Below, in pieces: positions 16,793 through 26,731 of a stretch of DNA of 64,000 nt. Location of the stretch: positions 1-64,000 of IMG/VR virus record IMGVR_UViG_3300033156_000272, one strand, 5' to 3'. Source of the DNA: a virus. Below the pieces are notes generated by a model, which was not told the DNA's origin, did not search any database, and worked only from the letters and a program-made list of their open reading frames with translations. The stretch's first letter is position 1. Every line of letters begins with the position of its first letter. Made by a program: the position numbers and the translations under genes.

Positions 16793-18801
16793 GAAAGATG
16801 AAGAGTATTACAGACGATATAGATATAGAAAGTCTCAACAACAGAGAGCTCCTATTATTTCACTTCTTAGCTCATCAAGCATGGGGGAGGATGTATAGAG
16901 GAGAAACATCCATCTCCGAAGAAAAAATAATAGAGATCCATAATAAAATATTCAAGCAGATGCACTTTAGGAAAATCCCACATCGCGATCATAGTAGCCT
17001 CGACGCAACAGTAGAAGTGATGGAATTGTCAATACCTCCAGACCCAATAGTTCTCTCAATAACATACTATGAATACGAAGACGGCGCTCTAAAAGCCGTA
17101 GAAGATGCACTATCGATGGTCCCCGAAGATCTCGTGTATCGTGTAGAGCTCTCGTTCACCGAACCCCCGAGGGAAAAACCATATGACTTCCTCATAATGG
17201 CACACCACAACTCTGACTCTCTTCATCTAGACTTCATAATCCCCCACATAGACGAAGGATTTAAGATCGATGCCAATACAGAAACAAATAAGGCAATTCC
17301 TTCCGAGCAAGAACTCTTCGAAAAGATGGTCTCAAACTCTACGTTCGGCTGGCCACTTACAGAAGAGCGTGTGAGTTGCGTTCTGTGGGACAAAGAAGAC
17401 TCCCGCGAATCATCTGGCCTCACTTCCCTAAAGCACAAAGGACAGCTTTCTCTCGGAGCACACAAGCCCGACTTCTTTGAATACTTCCTCGACGATTCCA
17501 CCAGGGTGATATTTAAATTTATCCCGAAGGAGCGCGACTCTAAGGGGACTGGCTTCTGGCTCACGTGGGTCCCTGAAGACCAAACACCATACGTACTGAC
17601 CGAATCCGCGATTACAAAGAGCTGGCTCCCTCAGGGCGGTATTAGTGCACTTCCTCTCTGGCTAAAATCTCGGATACCAGATTCTCTGGCCTATTGGAAC
17701 ATGGAAGGAGAACGCGCACTCGACGCTAGGAAGGAACTATCGTTGCTTTACAAGATGAGCGACATAACAATATTAGAATCCCGCGACAACCACTACATTG
17801 GAATGTGTGACAATGGGAATAGGTATATAGTCAGAAACGACGAAGGACACCTCCTTACGATCGGCGCAACATACAAGAGATTTGAATTGACAGACTTCCC
17901 TCATGAGAAAGCGGTTCAAAACAAACACTTTACACTCCAACATCACAGATGGGAAGACCCTTTCCACCTAAATCAAACTTCTGTAGAACACTGGGATCTC
18001 ACCCTGGCCGGCAGGATGTACGTACTTGAACACAACCCAATTGAGTCAGAAACTATTGCGCTGCGCAGAGCACCATATAATCATCTCTGGGTTAACATGG
18101 GGAGGGGTGGCGAACAGGAAGTCCCGCCCAAGTCAGCGGGCAACCCTACGAGGAACCCGGCCTACGTAAGATTGGTTGATGAAGGCATTGCAACCATTCT
18201 CAAAGGAACCAATGGCCACATGAAGGTAGAATTCAAAGGAGAAAGTCTTAATGGAGTGTATTCTTTCGATAAAAATCCTAATGCTAATGTGTGGAATGTT
18301 AAAAAAATAGTGAGCACAAAACTATCAATTAGTGTGCCATCCTCATCGACCAACAAGCTATCATATGATCACCTCCCCGATGGCACCCTTCGCGTAACAG
18401 GTGCAATCCTGTCAGAAGGAGTATGGCACGGACAGGGTGGCACTTTCTTCTTTAGTCGCGACGTCATAACAAGAGACTATCCTCGCCTAAACCAGAACAA
18501 ATTCCCCCTCGCTGTGGGGTCACACGAGTTACCGCAAAATACTATTGATGGTTATCCCGAACAACTAGAGCTCCTGGAAGATGGCACCATATGGTCAAGC
18601 TGGATAATAACCGACAAACAAAAGGTAGTTGATGTCATCTCTGGGGACTATGAAGATGGCGGAGGATTCTCGGTGGAAGTAGATGTCATCGCCGATCCGG
18701 TCCGCGAAATAATCGAAGAAATACTACATTGGACCCGCACGAATTTGGTAGACAATCCAGCGTGTCTTGTGTGTACGGTCGATCAAGTACAAGCAACATA
18801 A
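16789..18801 (+). CDS. Prohead protease fused to two LigD 3'-phosphoesterase-like domains
   Basis: C-terminal LSEGVW...H...GGFSVEV...LVDNPAC protease. Upstream FLIMAHH...LHLDF and FTLQHH...EHWDL...VEFKGESLNGVY. Confidence 0.65.
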   Translation: MRKMKSITDDIDIESLNNRELLLFHFLAHQAWGRMYRGETSISEEKIIEIHNKIFKQMHFRKIPHRDHSSLDATVEVMELSIPPDPIVLSITYYEYEDGALKAVEDALSMVPEDLVYRVELSFTEPPREKPYDFLIMAHHNSDSLHLDFIIPHIDEGFKIDANTETNKAIPSEQELFEKMVSNSTFGWPLTEERVSCVLWDKEDSRESSGLTSLKHKGQLSLGAHKPDFFEYFLDDSTRVIFKFIPKERDSKGTGFWLTWVPEDQTPYVLTESAITKSWLPQGGISALPLWLKSRIPDSLAYWNMEGERALDARKELSLLYKMSDITILESRDNHYIGMCDNGNRYIVRNDEGHLLTIGATYKRFELTDFPHEKAVQNKHFTLQHHRWEDPFHLNQTSVEHWDLTLAGRMYVLEHNPIESETIALRRAPYNHLWVNMGRGGEQEVPPKSAGNPTRNPAYVRLVDEGIATILKGTNGHMKVEFKGESLNGVYSFDKNPNANVWNVKKIVSTKLSISVPSSSTNKLSYDHLPDGTLRVTGAILSEGVWHGQGGTFFFSRDVITRDYPRLNQNKFPLAVGSHELPQNTIDGYPEQLELLEDGTIWSSWIITDKQKVVDVISGDYEDGGGFSVEVDVIADPVREIIEEILHWTRTNLVDNPACLVCTVDQVQAT

Positions 18802-18811
18802 TGGTGATATT

Positions 18812-19153
18812 GTGAGATATAGGTGTCTCCTCCAAAAGCGCACGGGCAATAACAAGAAACTCCGGATAGTGCCGGTAGTTGAAATATATAGTATATCAAA
18901 GCCGGAACTTCACAGATATCAATCTCTCGGAGTAAACTTCACAAATATAACAAAAGCTCTTCGTGTCCAAGGAATACAAAATTGCCTCCTCATAGAACCA
19001 TTCCTAGATGATAAATGGTTCAAGTATGCAATGCTCATATATGAAGATGGCCGCAACACTACAACAGAAGGAATACTCGAACTTTGCGACTTAATGGACG
19101 AAAGGACCAACAAGGAAGAGTCTTCGGCTATCGGTGTGATATGCCCGCAGTAG
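18812..19153 (+). CDS. Truncated single-motif LAGLIDADG-like protein
   Basis: RIVPVVEIY...TTTEGILELCDLMDE resembles I-CreI-like scaffold; LAGLIDADG helix absent. Confidence 0.4.
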   Translation: MRYRCLLQKRTGNNKKLRIVPVVEIYSISKPELHRYQSLGVNFTNITKALRVQGIQNCLLIEPFLDDKWFKYAMLIYEDGRNTTTEGILELCDLMDERTNKEESSAIGVICPQ

Positions 19154-19294
19154 CGATATTGGGTGGTTGTGTGACAGACATCAAGAAATAATATCACGAT
19201 CCCAGGTAAGTCGCGGAACGCGCAGGCGTCAATAATGTAAGAGTGTCGAAGACACTCTTGGATGGAAGATTATATTTTAGAGGAGTGTGATAAA

Positions 19295-20398
19295 ATGCCC
19301 TACCCGAATGAACACGCAGCAAGAATAAACGATCCGGATAAGTATGATTCTATTCGCAGAGAGAACGACCATTTTGGTTCTGGTATAGATGTTATATGGG
19401 GGATTATAGATGGTAAGGCTGAAATACAAGCTATTAGGTTCGACAAAAATAAATTTACGGTTTCTGAGGCAAAAAAGTGGCTTCGTGATCACGATTTCTC
19501 TCCTATCTTATTTGAACCTGCTAGTGCAAGTCAAGGTTTATCGGAAAATGTAATTACTGCCCTCCCCACACAGGTTAAATACGGTGTTCGTCATAGTAAT
19601 ATTGTTAGTATGACTAAGAACGAAAAACCCCTAAAGGTTAGTGGATGTGAACTCGCACAAGTTATCCTAGTACCAAAGGGCTTCCAGGCTGAATCATTTA
19701 CAGAGGGGACCACTACTGTTGACACCGTTGATTTCCCTCCGAACCTATATCCATCTCCAGATTCAGAGAAGCCTTTTGTAATACCAGGAGCAAACTTTGA
19801 TTATATCGAGTTCGTTCCGCCAGGCTTCAAGGAGGAGTCTAAAATGGCAGACAACCCCGAAGGTGCGCCGGCCCCAGAGGATGCTCCGACTGAGGTACCA
19901 CCTCAGAAAGAGACCCCTACCAAGGAGCCAGCGGCCACAGAAAATATATCTGAGGAACTCTCAGCCGCCAACGCGAAAGTAACTGAGCTCGAAGCTGCAC
20001 TTGCAGTTAAAGTTGATGAGCTTGGAATACTTCGCAAGGAACTTGAGAGCACCCAGAAAGAACTTTCTGAGTTGCAGAAATTGCAAAAGGAAGCTCAGGA
20101 AGCTAGTAGGCAGGAGCAACTCTCTGCACTTGCCGAAAAGCGCATAGAAGCAGGAATTGTTGGTCGTGAAGATCTCGACAAAGAGATTGTGCGACTTGGA
20201 GCACTCAGTGATGAGACACTCGCAGTTCTTGAAGAAGACGCCGACCACCTCTTGCCCGAGACGGAAGGAGATCCGGTTGAGCTGTCTGGAGTACCGCCTG
20301 TTGACGAAACTGACGAAGATAAAGCCCGTGAGGACTTTCGCGAGTTAGTGTTCGGACATAGAGGGGCCCCAAAAGATAAAGACGACAAACCGGAGTGA
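19295..20398 (+). CDS. Head scaffolding protein with N-terminal accessory domain
   Basis: N-terminal MPYPNEHAAR...QAIRFDK..FT..EAKKWL domain; acidic coiled-coil C-terminal half; precedes capsid genes. Confidence 0.65.
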   Translation: MPYPNEHAARINDPDKYDSIRRENDHFGSGIDVIWGIIDGKAEIQAIRFDKNKFTVSEAKKWLRDHDFSPILFEPASASQGLSENVITALPTQVKYGVRHSNIVSMTKNEKPLKVSGCELAQVILVPKGFQAESFTEGTTTVDTVDFPPNLYPSPDSEKPFVIPGANFDYIEFVPPGFKEESKMADNPEGAPAPEDAPTEVPPQKETPTKEPAATENISEELSAANAKVTELEAALAVKVDELGILRKELESTQKELSELQKLQKEAQEASRQEQLSALAEKRIEAGIVGREDLDKEIVRLGALSDETLAVLEEDADHLLPETEGDPVELSGVPPVDETDEDKAREDFRELVFGHRGAPKDKDDKPE

Positions 20399-20403
20399 GA
20401 TAA

Positions 20404-20799
20404 ATGGCTCTTGGAGATATAGTCGTGGCTGGTCAGGCGCCAATGCTTATACTGACACCCGCTGATGCGAAAGTGGGTGTGGATGTCGCAATTGGTGATG
20501 TGGTCAAGTACGACACAGATGGATGGCAGGTTGCGGCTGCAGCAGATGTTGCTGGTCAGCTCGCAGTTGCCTTGGATGCAGTAGTCATTGCGGATACTGA
20601 CAGGACTATGCGTGTTCTGTTGATAGGTACCGTTGTGGTGAAAAAGACAGCTGGCGCTGCAATTGCAGGTGGCCAGGCTGTAGAAGCAGGTGCCACTGGT
20701 GCTGTAATTGCGTGGGGAGGTATAAATGCCATCGTTGGTCTTTGCACTGAACCAGCTCTGCTTGCAGATACCGTAGTGGAAATACAGACGAGGTTCTAA
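20404..20799 (+). CDS. Capsid decoration/cement protein (DUF2190-like)
   Basis: Ala/Val/Gly-rich 131 aa directly before the MCP. Confidence 0.65.
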   Translation: MALGDIVVAGQAPMLILTPADAKVGVDVAIGDVVKYDTDGWQVAAAADVAGQLAVALDAVVIADTDRTMRVLLIGTVVVKKTAGAAIAGGQAVEAGATGAVIAWGGINAIVGLCTEPALLADTVVEIQTRF

Positions 20800-20813
20800 G
20801 GAGTGTGAAATGA

Positions 20814-21623
20814 ATGGGAAAAATTCTAGAACCAACAGATTTGTCGGATATAATGAAACCCGAAGTCATCGTGGAGGAAATTGTAGGTCTTGCAAGACCT
20901 ATGTACGTTCTCAGAGCGTTGTGTAAGGTTTTCCAGTTGGATGAACTCGAGGCAAAAGTGCCAACTGCCACCAAATTTACTGGACAGAAGAAAGTAAAAC
21001 CTATGGAAAAGGTCAAGCTGGACAGTTCTACCTGGGGAGAAATTCCTGTAGACTGCTACAAAAATTGTGTCAACTTTGCACTGGCATTTGAGACCACACA
21101 GAAGTCCAGGTGGGATCTAATACGCATCCAGGCGGATGAATCTGCGAAGACCATTGCACGAATGGAAGATGAGGATATACGTGATGTACTTGTTACTCTC
21201 GTTGCCATTGCTGGTAGCGATTGGAAAACGTCATCAAACGATCCCATGGTTGATATCATGGCTGCCATAACCGCTATCATCGATAATGGTTATGACGCAG
21301 ACAAGATAGCAATGTCGGGTTCTGCATATGCTGCAATGGTATCAAATCCGAATATCAAGAACACTTTCGAAAGAGGTGCCTTGGTGTCTGGGAAGATACC
21401 ATCAATAGCTGGACTGCAGGTCTTATATTCTTCGACCATAACTGCTAAGGAAGCTTATGTTGTCGATAGTATGCACTGTATACTGTTGGCGGACGGGCCC
21501 GCAGCCAAGGAAGACTATCATGGAGAAGGAAGCTTCATGCAGGGTTTTGCTGTTGCGAAGTTCCTCGATGTGGTCAAGATAAATGACGACGCTGGACGTA
21601 GAATAACCGGAATTCTGCCGTAG
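20814..21623 (+). CDS. Major capsid protein (HK97 fold, compact)
   Basis: Position; PEVIVEEI...; IARMEDEDI; IPSIAGLQVLYS. Confidence 0.8.
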   Translation: MGKILEPTDLSDIMKPEVIVEEIVGLARPMYVLRALCKVFQLDELEAKVPTATKFTGQKKVKPMEKVKLDSSTWGEIPVDCYKNCVNFALAFETTQKSRWDLIRIQADESAKTIARMEDEDIRDVLVTLVAIAGSDWKTSSNDPMVDIMAAITAIIDNGYDADKIAMSGSAYAAMVSNPNIKNTFERGALVSGKIPSIAGLQVLYSSTITAKEAYVVDSMHCILLADGPAAKEDYHGEGSFMQGFAVAKFLDVVKINDDAGRRITGILP

Positions 21624-21639
21624 AGCAGTTAAGCGGTGA

Positions 21640-22059
21640 ATGAATATGGCGGTAAGTGTCTCTGACGTACGAACACACCTCAATGAGATAAGTGAAGCTC
21701 AACTTGCATCTACAAAAATAGCTCAAAGCATATTGGATGCCGAACAAACAGCTTCAACTATCGGAATACCGGTTTCTCATTTTGATCGTTTTGTCAGAGC
21801 ACTTACCGCCTACAACTCTCTTAACTTTGCATTTATATACAATCACATCAAGGTCGGACAAGTAGATGTGCGCAGGGACTGGGAGCATGTTCTATCTCTC
21901 CTAAAACAGGAGGTCGATGAAATACTTTCAGAATGTTGTCCAGGAGCACTGGATACAGCACTTTTCACGGATTCAACCCCCATGTTCGACGAAAGACCTA
22001 CTGATCCCTATGAAGAGAGCGAATGTGGTAATTGTTGTCTTGTAAATAGGGGTTGCTAA
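21640..22059 (+). CDS. Head-tail adaptor
   Basis: Follows MCP; SVSDVRTHL...IKVGQVDV. Confidence 0.55.
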   Translation: MNMAVSVSDVRTHLNEISEAQLASTKIAQSILDAEQTASTIGIPVSHFDRFVRALTAYNSLNFAFIYNHIKVGQVDVRRDWEHVLSLLKQEVDEILSECCPGALDTALFTDSTPMFDERPTDPYEESECGNCCLVNRGC

Positions 22060-22083
22060 TAAACACCAAAAACTGGTGGTATC

Positions 22084-22572
22084 ATGCCCGACGTAAGAGT
22101 CACCGTAATGAGCAATGCAGCTGCATTCATTAAGTCGTTTTTTGACTACCAAGGTCAATTGGGCGAGGCAGTAGCTCATAAGGGTGCTGAAATTTGTCGT
22201 GGTTATTTTGATACTCGAGGGCCCAATGGTTCTTGGCCCAAGAATCATCCATTTACCATAGAGCAAAAGGGGCATAGTCGTGTTGGTGTTAATAAAGGAC
22301 ACCTAAAAGACTCTTATCATGCAACGAAAATTATGGATACTTGGGTAATTGCTTCTAACAATCCTATCGCGGCCATATTTGAATTTGGTGCAGTCGTTAA
22401 TGTTACATACAAGTCTCGTATATGGCTGGCTGCTCACGGGTTGCCATTATCTGGGAGCACTAGGAGCCTGATAATTCCAGCGCGACCGGTGATAGAGCCC
22501 ATGAAGAAAGAGCTCAAAGGAACATTTCCAATTATACACAGTGCAACATATGCAAGAGTAAAGTTCTATTAA
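22084..22572 (+). CDS. Virion morphogenesis / tail completion protein (Mu gpG-like)
   Basis: WPKNHPFTIEQKG...GHLKDS...AAIFEFG...IPARP. Confidence 0.7.
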   Translation: MPDVRVTVMSNAAAFIKSFFDYQGQLGEAVAHKGAEICRGYFDTRGPNGSWPKNHPFTIEQKGHSRVGVNKGHLKDSYHATKIMDTWVIASNNPIAAIFEFGAVVNVTYKSRIWLAAHGLPLSGSTRSLIIPARPVIEPMKKELKGTFPIIHSATYARVKFY

Positions 22573-22585
22573 GGAGGAAGATATT

Positions 22586-22795
22586 ATGACAGACATAGTG
22601 GGAGATATAATAGATAATACAAAAGAGGATATTATAGAAGGTGCAAGTGAGATATCGAACAAAATAGTTGATGATGCTACCGAAGAAGCGGAAAAGATGC
22701 TCAATAAGTTTATGCGCAACCATCCCAGACTCTGGAAGGCCATTGCAATATTAATAGTTGCTGCTGGTTTCGCCATCACTTACTTCCTAACGTGA
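22586..22795 (+). CDS. Small C-terminally anchored membrane protein
   Basis: Acidic N-terminus, C-terminal hydrophobic helix. Confidence 0.55.
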   Translation: MTDIVGDIIDNTKEDIIEGASEISNKIVDDATEEAEKMLNKFMRNHPRLWKAIAILIVAAGFAITYFLT

Positions 22796-22799
22796 TAAG

Positions 22800-23987
22800 A
22801 TGACAGAGGCATACTTCCACACAGATAACACTGCCCTTGATACGACAAGGATATTTACTGAAGGTTCTATCTATGTTACTGGGAGATTTAAATTGGATGT
22901 TGAAACAGTAAGGAACAATTGTCTTCTGGAGATAATAGTATTCGATAAGATGAAAAATGAGCTTGGCACACTATTTTCATCGGTACAAGACTTTGCGCTC
23001 GGGTATAATGTATTTGATGTTGTACTTGTCCATGGGAGCAGACCATTTTACACCCCTCCATGTAATAATGTGTATACGTTCAGATTCAAGATTACATCAT
23101 CCGATCCAATCGAATTCGTGCAGATTGATGATTATAACGTTCAAGTTGTTAACTCAGCTCCGCAAGAACTCATACCTGGTTTCCGTGGAGTATTTGAAGG
23201 GCTCTCCGGGATGCACAAACAATTTATTCGTGTGAGAGAAACATACGAGAACGCCGATGGCTATATGGATCGTGTCTCGAGCGACGAAGAAATCATCACT
23301 GGTATCTTTGTGATCCCGAGTAAAGTAACTGCTCCCCAACCTGAAGGTGGTGTTGACAGTGATACCGAGTGGCTATATACCAAATGTCAGGTAAAGAAAG
23401 ACGACATAATATACCCTCTCGATTATTCCGAATCACGTGAAATGGTATCTTTCATTAATGGCAACTATGATGAAGGGGGAACTTCTGCATGGAGTCATCC
23501 TGAAATGGCCTGTGATGGAGATGAATATACTACAGCGAGTATACTGTCTCCTGACGCACCTGGAAACTTCTGGTTAAAAATACTAACACCAGATACTTTT
23601 AATGTTGATGAAACGATTACCAAGGTTGAGATAGGTGCAAAGCATGTTGTTGCGGGAGCGAAGGCAAATGCTTCTCTGACACTGCTTATTGGTTTACAAC
23701 CAGGAAACTCATACGACTTTACTCCGGTATCACCAAATGTCGTCCCTGAATTTAAGTTTGTAGATGTTACACTAGATCCCATTGCTCCTGATGTGTGGAC
23801 ATTCAAAGATATTGATAATATTAGTGTTGTATATGAAATTGTTCATCCATTACAGGTTGAAGTGTTATTGTATGAAGTATTTATTCGAGTGACTACTGTG
23901 CGCAATGGTTCAAAATATAAAGTTACAAGCGTTCACGATTATGGTGATATATTGCTGTGTGAAGTGGTGAAAATACATGCTGAGTGA
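22800..23987 (+). CDS. Head-closure-like protein with added domains
   Basis: Neck position; head-closure-like segments split by a beta-sandwich insert. Confidence 0.45.
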   Translation: MTEAYFHTDNTALDTTRIFTEGSIYVTGRFKLDVETVRNNCLLEIIVFDKMKNELGTLFSSVQDFALGYNVFDVVLVHGSRPFYTPPCNNVYTFRFKITSSDPIEFVQIDDYNVQVVNSAPQELIPGFRGVFEGLSGMHKQFIRVRETYENADGYMDRVSSDEEIITGIFVIPSKVTAPQPEGGVDSDTEWLYTKCQVKKDDIIYPLDYSESREMVSFINGNYDEGGTSAWSHPEMACDGDEYTTASILSPDAPGNFWLKILTPDTFNVDETITKVEIGAKHVVAGAKANASLTLLIGLQPGNSYDFTPVSPNVVPEFKFVDVTLDPIAPDVWTFKDIDNISVVYEIVHPLQVEVLLYEVFIRVTTVRNGSKYKVTSVHDYGDILLCEVVKIHAE

Positions 23988-25008
23988 TTCTCAAAAGAAG
24001 TTCATATATCAGAACATGCCGAGTACAGCAGAATATCTAACAGAGAATGCTGTATATCCCACTGGTGATGATGCTATTGAAAATCATCCCCATGGTTCGT
24101 CTTCCAATTATAGTTGTGTTGATGATGATTTCCCAGATGAGGGAGATACTTATATTTATCCTCCGGGTGTTGTTGGTGATTTTAGCAAAGATATATACAC
24201 TATTGGTAGTGGCTTTGGTAGTGGAGATATTACGAAGGTTACTGTATACTGTCGTGTGAGAAAGGATCAACATTCTGCAGGTGCTCATGCTAATTTTGGT
24301 ATTGATATTGATGGAAGTGAGTATACAATGGGATATTTCGTTCCAACGGGTGAGTGGATAACATATACAAAATCATGGACTGCTAATCCTCATACGGCAT
24401 ATGATTGGAACTGGAACGATATTGCTAAAATCAAACTTCTCGTGCAATTACAAACTCCTGATACTGGTAGGATGATGTGTACACAGCTATATATGGTAAT
24501 TACGCATACTGGGAAGAATATTTCCTTCCGGAAGAGATACGCAAACCAGTGGGAGCTTGAACACAATAACGATGAGGAAATAACATATCCTGTGATATTA
24601 CTCAGATATAGTACTCAAGATGATGCAAAGAATCCACTCGACGAACGCAGGTGGACGGACGAAAACTCTGATGATACTGTTACAATAGGGTATGGTGCTG
24701 AATCAAAATCGCGTCTAATAATTGATGTAGTCTCACCGATGGTTAGTGTTGTGGGGAGAACATTAGCAGCAACTCGTGTAACGGATATGATGGCTAATCT
24801 CATATGGAAGTGGCTTAAGCGCCATGTATCACGTACTGATATGTCCTGTAATGATGTGAGTGACATAGTAGATCTTGATAATCTCATGCCTGGTCAGAAT
24901 ATCTCCAGGAAGAGAATTATTGCATTCGTAGTTCATAATGTTATCACTGAAAAGATAACTACTGAACAGCTAACAGATGTAAACTACGAGGTGGAAATAG
25001 ATGACTAA
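23977..25008 (+). CDS. Tail terminator-like protein with inserted domain
   Basis: Before sheath; YPVILLRY motif; insert related to that of the upstream gene. Confidence 0.45.
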   Translation: MLSDSQKKFIYQNMPSTAEYLTENAVYPTGDDAIENHPHGSSSNYSCVDDDFPDEGDTYIYPPGVVGDFSKDIYTIGSGFGSGDITKVTVYCRVRKDQHSAGAHANFGIDIDGSEYTMGYFVPTGEWITYTKSWTANPHTAYDWNWNDIAKIKLLVQLQTPDTGRMMCTQLYMVITHTGKNISFRKRYANQWELEHNNDEEITYPVILLRYSTQDDAKNPLDERRWTDENSDDTVTIGYGAESKSRLIIDVVSPMVSVVGRTLAATRVTDMMANLIWKWLKRHVSRTDMSCNDVSDIVDLDNLMPGQNISRKRIIAFVVHNVITEKITTEQLTDVNYEVEIDD

Positions 25009-25447
25009 AAAGGAAGCAACTGCAAAAACAACCGTTCAGCTGTTTTCCGTAGGCAAAATCTTGCAGAGAGGTGATACTGCAATTGTCGAGGCAGATCTCC
25101 CAGAAATCAAGAAAGCTGCCGAAATAGGCTTAATTAAGCTCGCGGAAATAAAGGCTGAAAGGCCCAAGAAGGAATTTCCTAAGAAGGAATTTCCTAAGAA
25201 GGAAGTTACTAAGAAGGAAGTTACTAAGAAGGAAGCACCCGAGAAACTGGCTCCTGCAGAGGAAGAAACTCCTAAAGAGGAAGAAACTCCTGTAGAAGAG
25301 CCCCCAAAAGAAGAAGCTCCCGAAAGTAAGAAGAAATCTTCAGGCAAAAAGAGAGCGGAGTGCCCAACATGTGGGAAGAAATACTACGACCTCAGTAAAC
25401 ACAACTGCCCCAAAGTTGAAGAGTCTTCTGAAAAAGACAACAAGTAA
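25001..25447 (+). CDS. Low-complexity K/E/P protein with C-terminal zinc finger
   Basis: KKEFP/KKEVT repeats; CPTCGK...H.C. Confidence 0.55.
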   Translation: MTKKEATAKTTVQLFSVGKILQRGDTAIVEADLPEIKKAAEIGLIKLAEIKAERPKKEFPKKEFPKKEVTKKEVTKKEAPEKLAPAEEETPKEEETPVEEPPKEEAPESKKKSSGKKRAECPTCGKKYYDLSKHNCPKVEESSEKDNK

Positions 25448-25462
25448 GAATAGGTGATATAA

Positions 25463-26719
25463 ATGCCCGTAGATCCAATAATAGTGGACACAACTATATC
25501 AGCGCGACCTAGCGAGAGACGTACCTATGGTGCCATATTAGTCATGGGTTTCTCATCTACAGGAACCGCAACTACCAACACGGTGTATCAAGTCTCTACC
25601 GTTACAGAAGCTGCTGCTTTGTTTGGCAGTGCGAGTGATGTGTACAAGGGAATAGAAGCTGCTTTCGTACAGGGAGCAGTTGAAGTATATGCCGTGTATG
25701 TGACCCCGTTAAACAAAACCGACATTGCTGTGGCTGCTGGAAGCGTTCAGGCGCTCTCAGAAGACAATATCCACGATATCTCTATAGCTGCGTTTACCAT
25801 CGAGTATACTGATGGCGTTCCGACAGACCCGGGCGCAAACAAAGCGATGGTAAACTTGCTGACTGGAGATATATATATAAATGGTGCTGTTGCAAGCGAT
25901 GTCAGCATTGACTATGTTAACTGGGACACAGATGGAGATGCTGAGGGTTGGGTTGAAGACAGTACTGCAAATATTGTCATCATATCCGACGCGAACGTTA
26001 CAGATGATACCAAAATAGGTGACTTTGGTGGCCTTGTCGATCTCTGTGACGCACAGCATCTTGTGACAGCTCTACCCTGTGGTAAAGCTGCTGTAGTTGC
26101 CGACTGTATTACTGCTGCCGCGCTGTTCCCATCTCGGAACGTAGTAGTCGTTGCACACAATTCCGACGACGAAATAGCAGGTTCTGTGGCTGGAGTAATA
26201 GCAACTACCCTCCCCTGGGATAAGCTCATGTGGAAGGCAGTTAGCATAACGCAGAGTACCGAATATCGCAAGTCAGAGATAGGCACACTTGAAGCTGGCG
26301 ACGTAAATGTTCTCTTTACGAGAGACCTAATTCGTATGTCTGACGGACTTACTACAAGTGTATCGAGCTTGTATAAATTCATCGATGTTGCGAGAACACA
26401 GTACTACCTGGAAGAGGGATTCAAGGATCGTCTTGGCGACCTGATGACGGGTGCTAAAATACCATACGAACAACGCGGAATTGATACCGTAAAAACCGCA
26501 CTACAGAATGTGTGTGAAACCGCAGTTGCGTCTGGTGCAATACGGCAACCAACCACAATTGCTGGCGTAATTACCAAAGGATACGCAGTACAGGTCCCCA
26601 AATTTGTTGATGTATCATCGGCAGATATAGCGAGTAGGACGCTCAATGACGTGTATGTAATGGTGCAATTGTCTGGCGCAATTCAGACGATAGTGATAAA
26701 CCTCAACATACAGATATAG
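25463..26719 (+). CDS. Tail sheath protein
   Basis: YKFIDVAR...KIPYEQRGI...IASRTL..V...LSGAIQTIVI C-terminus typical of DUF3383-like sheaths. Confidence 0.85.
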   Translation: MPVDPIIVDTTISARPSERRTYGAILVMGFSSTGTATTNTVYQVSTVTEAAALFGSASDVYKGIEAAFVQGAVEVYAVYVTPLNKTDIAVAAGSVQALSEDNIHDISIAAFTIEYTDGVPTDPGANKAMVNLLTGDIYINGAVASDVSIDYVNWDTDGDAEGWVEDSTANIVIISDANVTDDTKIGDFGGLVDLCDAQHLVTALPCGKAAVVADCITAAALFPSRNVVVVAHNSDDEIAGSVAGVIATTLPWDKLMWKAVSITQSTEYRKSEIGTLEAGDVNVLFTRDLIRMSDGLTTSVSSLYKFIDVARTQYYLEEGFKDRLGDLMTGAKIPYEQRGIDTVKTALQNVCETAVASGAIRQPTTIAGVITKGYAVQVPKFVDVSSADIASRTLNDVYVMVQLSGAIQTIVINLNIQI

Positions 26720-26731
26720 GTGGTGTAAATA

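Noticed and set aside
20095-20835. Long antisense ORFs (e.g. 20095-20835, 28067-28765, 10864-11445)
   Set aside because: Shadows of well-supported + strand structural genes, without RBS or motifs.
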